Source of the DNA: an uncultured Acidobacteriota bacterium
Lineage (GTDB): Bacteria; Acidobacteriota; Vicinamibacteria; Vicinamibacterales; UBA2999
Direction of reading: 5' to 3'
DNA length: 64,000 nucleotides
NCBI GenBank assembly: GCA_963802675.1
Contig: CAWDJL010000005.1
Location: 361,193 to 425,192 of the forward strand
The first letter of the stretch is position 1. Each line of letters opens with the position of its first letter. This document shows positions 60,786-64,000 of this stretch, piece after piece. A model generated the notes under the pieces. It ran no database searches. It saw only the letters and a program-made list of their open reading frames with translations, and had not been told where the DNA came from. The position numbers and the translations under genes were made by a program.

Positions 60786-61481
60786 TAGAGCGTAGACCAC
60801 GAGATTGACCGCGAAGCGGGTGTTATCTTCGCGCTGAAAACGCTTGTTGCGCCAGTCGTAGTCCCACTCGCAACCGTAATCCTTGTTGGAATACAGCACG
60901 CCAACACGACCGCGATGTTCAACGGCGCGAAGGTAATCGTGGACGAGATCGTCGCCCCAGCCGTTCAGCTCGTGAGCTGTTTGAGGAGGACCGTCAGGAA
61001 AATCAAAGAAGGCGCTGTACAAGGCATGGCTGCGGGCGAGCTTGTCGAGCGTCTTGGGACCCGGAAAAATCGTCCGCATTTCCTGTTCAAACGACACCGC
61101 GTACAGCCCAGCGATGTCGTGATTGCAGTCATCGGAAAAGAGAAAACCGCCAAGCTCGACGTATTGCTGGAGGCGTTCGCGTTCCTTGCCGCTGAAACGC
61201 ACCAGCTTGTGCCCCGTCATGAACAGAAACGGAAAGGCGTTGAGCTCTTCGGAGTCGGCAGTGATGACGACTTCTTCGGGATAGATACGGATGTTGGTGT
61301 ACTCGACGATGGAATTGAGAACGTTGGCAGCGACTTTGGGGTTGTAGTCCCAGTCGCCGGAGTCGTAGCGCAGGCGAGCAAATGTGAACTCGGAGCCTCG
61401 GGGACGAGCCGCCGCTCGCTGTTCCAGAGTTCCACGGTTCCAAAGTTCCAAGGTTCCGTGGAACCCTTGAGTCGAACCCAT
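60783..61481 (-). CDS. DUF4159 domain protein
   Basis: EFTFARLRYDSGDWDYNPKVAANVLNSIVEYTNI..AFPFLFMTGHKLVRFSGKERERLQQYVELGGFLFSDDCNHD matches DUF4159 as I recall it. The N-terminal 20 aa (MGSTQGFHGTLELWNRGTLEQ) are encoded by a GTTCC word array, so the true start is uncertain. Confidence 0.75.
   Translation of the reverse strand: MGSTQGFHGTLELWNRGTLEQRAAARPRGSEFTFARLRYDSGDWDYNPKVAANVLNSIVEYTNIRIYPEEVVITADSEELNAFPFLFMTGHKLVRFSGKERERLQQYVELGGFLFSDDCNHDIAGLYAVSFEQEMRTIFPGPKTLDKLARSHALYSAFFDFPDGPPQTAHELNGWGDDLVHDYLRAVEHRGRVGVLYSNKDYGCEWDYDWRNKRFQREDNTRFAVNLVVYAL
61421..61468. repeat. GTTCC word array, copy 3 (one arm plus short palindrome), inside the DUF4159 5' end
   Basis: GTTCCAGA GTTCCACG GTTCCAAA GTTCCAAG GTTCCGTG GAACCCTT. 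GGTTCCGTGGAACC is a local palindrome. Confidence 0.8.
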
Positions 61482-61534
61482 CGAGGCCAGTATAACTGGC
61501 CATCGACGGGCTCGATCGGGGGAGGGCGCTGGGG

Positions 61535-61999
61535 CTACGAACGTGGCTTCACAACCAACCGGTTGTCGATCTTGTAGCCCTCGGCTTCGCGTGCAGCGAT
61601 CTTTCCGGCTTCAGCCTTTTGTTCGGCTGAAGGGACCGAGCCCTTCAGAACGACGGTCTTGGTCTCGCGGAAAGTATCCACGTTGATGTCGCTTGCGTCG
61701 ACTGAGGCATCAGACATCAGTGCCGTCTTTACATCGATCGTCTCGGCAGCGGCATCGATGGCGGCGCCAGCGTCACCGGCTGTCCGACGGACGTCGTCTT
61801 TGGCCTCACGGCCTTCCGCCTTGGCTTCGGCGGACTCCTCACGCGCCTTGTCCTTGGCGTCAGCGGTCGCTTCCTGTGCGTCGCGTTTCGCCTCGGCCGC
61901 ATCCTCGCGCGCTCCGCGAGCCGTGTTGTCGCACGCCGCGGTCATCACGGCGAAGACGAACGCCGCACCCATTGCCATCCATCCAGTGTGCCGTCTCAC
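61535..61999 (-). CDS. BON-domain lipoprotein, paralogue 2
   Basis: Lipobox AVMTAAC, an A/E/K/D-rich linker (AEAKRDAQEATADAKDKAREESAEAKAEGREAKDD), then IDVKTALMSDASVDASDINVDTFRETKTVVLKGSVPSAEQKAEAGKIAAREAEGYKIDNRL. Confidence 0.8.
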   Translation of the reverse strand: MRRHTGWMAMGAAFVFAVMTAACDNTARGAREDAAEAKRDAQEATADAKDKAREESAEAKAEGREAKDDVRRTAGDAGAAIDAAAETIDVKTALMSDASVDASDINVDTFRETKTVVLKGSVPSAEQKAEAGKIAAREAEGYKIDNRLVVKPRS

Positions 62000-62242
62000 G
62001 ATAATTGCCTCCTTGACGGTGGCGGTTGCTAACCGTCACCACTCGGATCTGGCTCTTCAAGCCCTGTGCCACGCAAGCCCTTAGGCCGCGCGGCGGGTTT
62101 TCGGGCCAAAAAGGAGCACGCGAGGGCCATTGTTGAGAAAGCGACATTTCACGGATGAGTAAAACATTTGCCACACAATGCGAATGTAAATCCGTCGGCC
62201 GAGGGTTCGGGGTGTCTTCGCTACTGATAAGATGGCACCCTG

Positions 62243-62629
62243 ATGACCGGCCCGGTCCAGCGCATCCTCGTCGTCGATGATGATCCGGATTCGAGCGAAC
62301 CCTTGAGCTTGCTGCTGCAATCGAAGGGGCACGAAACGCGTGTCGCGATCGACGGCGTGCAGGCGATTTCGGTTGCGGACGAGTTCAAACCGAACTGTGT
62401 GCTGCTGGACCTGGGCTTGCCGCGCATGGATGGTTACGAGGTCGCGCGACGTCTTCGTGACCGCCCTTACGGAAGCGACGTCGTGCTCGTGGCGTTGACT
62501 GGTTGGGCCGGTCGCGACATACGCTCCAAGGCAGCCGAGGCCGGCTTCGACTATCACATCGTCAAGCCGGTCAATTGGGATGAGGTCGAGAAAATCGTTC
62601 GACGCGTTGTGCGTCCGGCGCCGTCCTAA
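62243..62629 (+). CDS. Single-domain response regulator (CheY-like receiver)
   Basis: RILVVDDDPDS..KPNCVLLDLGLPRMDGYEVARRL..VALTGWAG..AGFDYHIVKPV. Confidence 0.85.
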   Translation: MTGPVQRILVVDDDPDSSEPLSLLLQSKGHETRVAIDGVQAISVADEFKPNCVLLDLGLPRMDGYEVARRLRDRPYGSDVVLVALTGWAGRDIRSKAAEAGFDYHIVKPVNWDEVEKIVRRVVRPAPS

Positions 62630-63534
62630 CTCAGCGTGCGTTGCGCCTGCACCCAGCGCGACGGCAGCTGATGTCCCAACAGCTCTTCGAGAGAGAGCGA
62701 CGCGCGCATCACACCATCGCCCGACACGCCCGATTCGATTCCCAACCCCTCGAGCATGTAAACGAGGTCTTCTGTCGCCAGATTGCCGGCTGCGCCGGGT
62801 GCATAAGGGCAACCACCGAGACCACCAGCCGAGCTGTCGAACGTAGCCACCCCGTACTCAAGGGCCACGAGCACGTTGGCCAACGCCGTGCCACGCGTGT
62901 CGTGAAAGTGAAGCGCGATGTGCGCCAACGGCACGCGCGCAAGAAGCACGTCGAGGACCTGCCGTACTTGCCCGGGATGTGCGATGCCAATCGTGTCACT
63001 GACCGCGACTTCGTAGGCGCCGAGCGCCAGCAGCCGTTCGGCCAGTTGTGTGACGCGATGCGGGTCGACCGACCCTTCGAACGGGCAACCAAAGCTCGTT
63101 GACAAGTAGGCGCGGGTGCGGAGCGACGCTTGAGTGGCGGCGTCGGTGACCTGACGATAGGTGACAAACGATTCCTCGATCGACTGGTTGATGTTGCGAC
63201 GGCTGAAGGTCTCGGAGGCTGCGGCGAAGACAGCGATGTCGGTGACGCCCGCCGCCATCGCTCGATCGAGTCCCGCCCGATTGGGAACCAGCGCGCTGTA
63301 ACGCACACCCGGCTTGCGCGCGATGCCGCGAAAGACCTCCGCAGCGTCCCCCATCTGCGGAACCCACCTGGGGGAGACGAACGCGGTGACTTCGATGGCC
63401 GAGTGACCAGCGGCGCTCAGGTGATCCACGAATGCAATCTTGCGATCCGTTGGCACGATCGCACGCTCGTTTTGCAACCCATCGCGAGGCCCGACTTCGA
63501 CGAGCGTCACACGTGTGGGTAGTGATGCGCTCAT
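62626..63534 (-). CDS. Hydroxymethylglutaryl-CoA lyase
   Basis: VTLVEVGPRDGLQNE..SFGCPFEG..DTIGIAHPGQV..HFHDTRGTALANVL..DSSAGGLGGCPYAPGAAGN. Confidence 0.85.
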   Translation of the reverse strand: MSASLPTRVTLVEVGPRDGLQNERAIVPTDRKIAFVDHLSAAGHSAIEVTAFVSPRWVPQMGDAAEVFRGIARKPGVRYSALVPNRAGLDRAMAAGVTDIAVFAAASETFSRRNINQSIEESFVTYRQVTDAATQASLRTRAYLSTSFGCPFEGSVDPHRVTQLAERLLALGAYEVAVSDTIGIAHPGQVRQVLDVLLARVPLAHIALHFHDTRGTALANVLVALEYGVATFDSSAGGLGGCPYAPGAAGNLATEDLVYMLEGLGIESGVSGDGVMRASLSLEELLGHQLPSRWVQAQRTLS

Positions 63535-64000
63535 ACGAAATCCAGCAGCGCGACTCCTGGTTGGACGAGGTCTCCTGGCTTGCAGTGCACGGCCGTGACC
63601 ATCCCATCGGCAGGCGCTCGAACCGGCACTTCCATTTTCATGGCTTCCAGCACCAGCAGCGTCTCGCCTTTGGACACGGTGGCGCCCGGTTCCACCGCCA
63701 CTCGTAGGACAGTAGCTGGCATCGGGGACGACAGGTCATGACTCCCAGCGCGTCCACGGGGCTGTGTGCGACCGGCCGCTTCGATTTCCACTTGCGCAAC
63801 GACACCGTCGACGAATACCCATGGTCGCTCGGGCGGACCAGCGACGGCGACCGACTGTTGACCGTTCTCACCGATCACGCGGTAGAAGCCGTCGGCGAGC
63901 GATTCGACCGTGAGCGTCGTATCTCCGATCCGAACACGATCGCCCTCGACATCAGCCGTCGCTCGCCGGTCGCCGGCGCGAAGACCGATACTGGTCACGA
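63531..64000 (-). CDS. Biotin-dependent acyl-CoA carboxylase alpha subunit, C-terminal biotinyl (BCCP) part; N-terminus beyond window (likely methylcrotonyl-CoA carboxylase)
   Basis: ..SPMPATVLRVAVEPGATVSKGETLLVLEAMKMEVPVRAPADGMVTAVHCKPGDLV (EAMKME biotinylation motif). 4-nt overlap with the HMG-CoA lyase gene suggests a leucine-catabolic context. Confidence 0.75.
   Translation of the reverse strand, partial: VTSIGLRAGDRRATADVEGDRVRIGDTTLTVESLADGFYRVIGENGQQSVAVAGPPERPWVFVDGVVAQVEIEAAGRTQPRGRAGSHDLSSPMPATVLRVAVEPGATVSKGETLLVLEAMKMEVPVRAPADGMVTAVHCKPGDLVQPGVALLDFV

Noticed and set aside
59972-61468. Are the short tandem arrays a CRISPR locus?
   Set aside because: The period is only 7-9 nt with no unique spacers. 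The arrays are paired with their own reverse complements. No cas genes lie in the window.
1-64000. Mobile genetic elements, prophage genes, integrases, tRNA or rRNA genes, toxin-antitoxin or restriction/defence modules
   Set aside because: I scanned all ORF translations of 60 aa or more. None shows DDE/tyrosine-recombinase, phage structural, Cas, or typical defence-system motifs, and I recognised no tRNA-like cloverleaves. Absence is by eye only and should be confirmed with tRNAscan-SE, ISEScan and DefenseFinder.

Overview
High-GC (about 65 %) bacterial chromosome segment. It is most likely Acidobacteriota, inferred from an ADOP-type duplicated MacB-like permease, Tat-signal TldD/PmbA paralogues and MoxR-DUF58-BatA_N/DUF4159 genes. 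(i) 1-15.2 kb holds two minus-strand, translationally coupled (ATGA/GTGA overlaps) exopolysaccharide/O-antigen-type operons. They carry GT2/GT4 transferases, a Wzy/O-antigen-ligase-like protein, a CDP-6-deoxyhexose branch (rfbF, 4,6-dehydratase, RmlC-like epimerase, SDR reductase, methyltransferase) and rmlA/rmlC. (ii) 15.3-38.5 kb holds a head-to-head hybrid NRPS-PKS cluster. The minus strand has FkbM/FkbH-T-E-C-T plus C-A(Asp-like)-T-TE. The plus strand has KS-AT-ACP-aminotransferase-C-A(Pro-like)-T plus C-A(Val)-T-TE. Both TE domains carry Cys at the nucleophile position. (iii) 38.5-48.3 kb holds a VanZ-like protein, a methyltransferase, secreted/outer-membrane proteins, the ADOP permease and an HtrA / LuxR / degenerate-HtrA operon. 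(iv) 48.3-62 kb holds a MoxR/DUF58/BatA_N operon, a Tat-TldD / PmbA / Tat-TldD trio and two BON lipoproteins flanking a DUF4159 gene. (v) The end holds a response regulator, HMG-CoA lyase and the biotinyl end of an acyl-CoA carboxylase. Two oddities run across the window. First, about eight single-base-insertion-type frame breaks interrupt otherwise conserved genes, mostly at homopolymers, which suggests assembly error rather than biology. Second, there is a set of intergenic 'word-array' inverted repeats, where 7-9-nt words repeat in tandem and are followed by arrays of their complements. No rRNA, tRNA, CRISPR, transposase or integrase was recognised. All domain and family calls are by eye from motifs. 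Hand-derived coordinates inside genes may be off by 1-2 nt.
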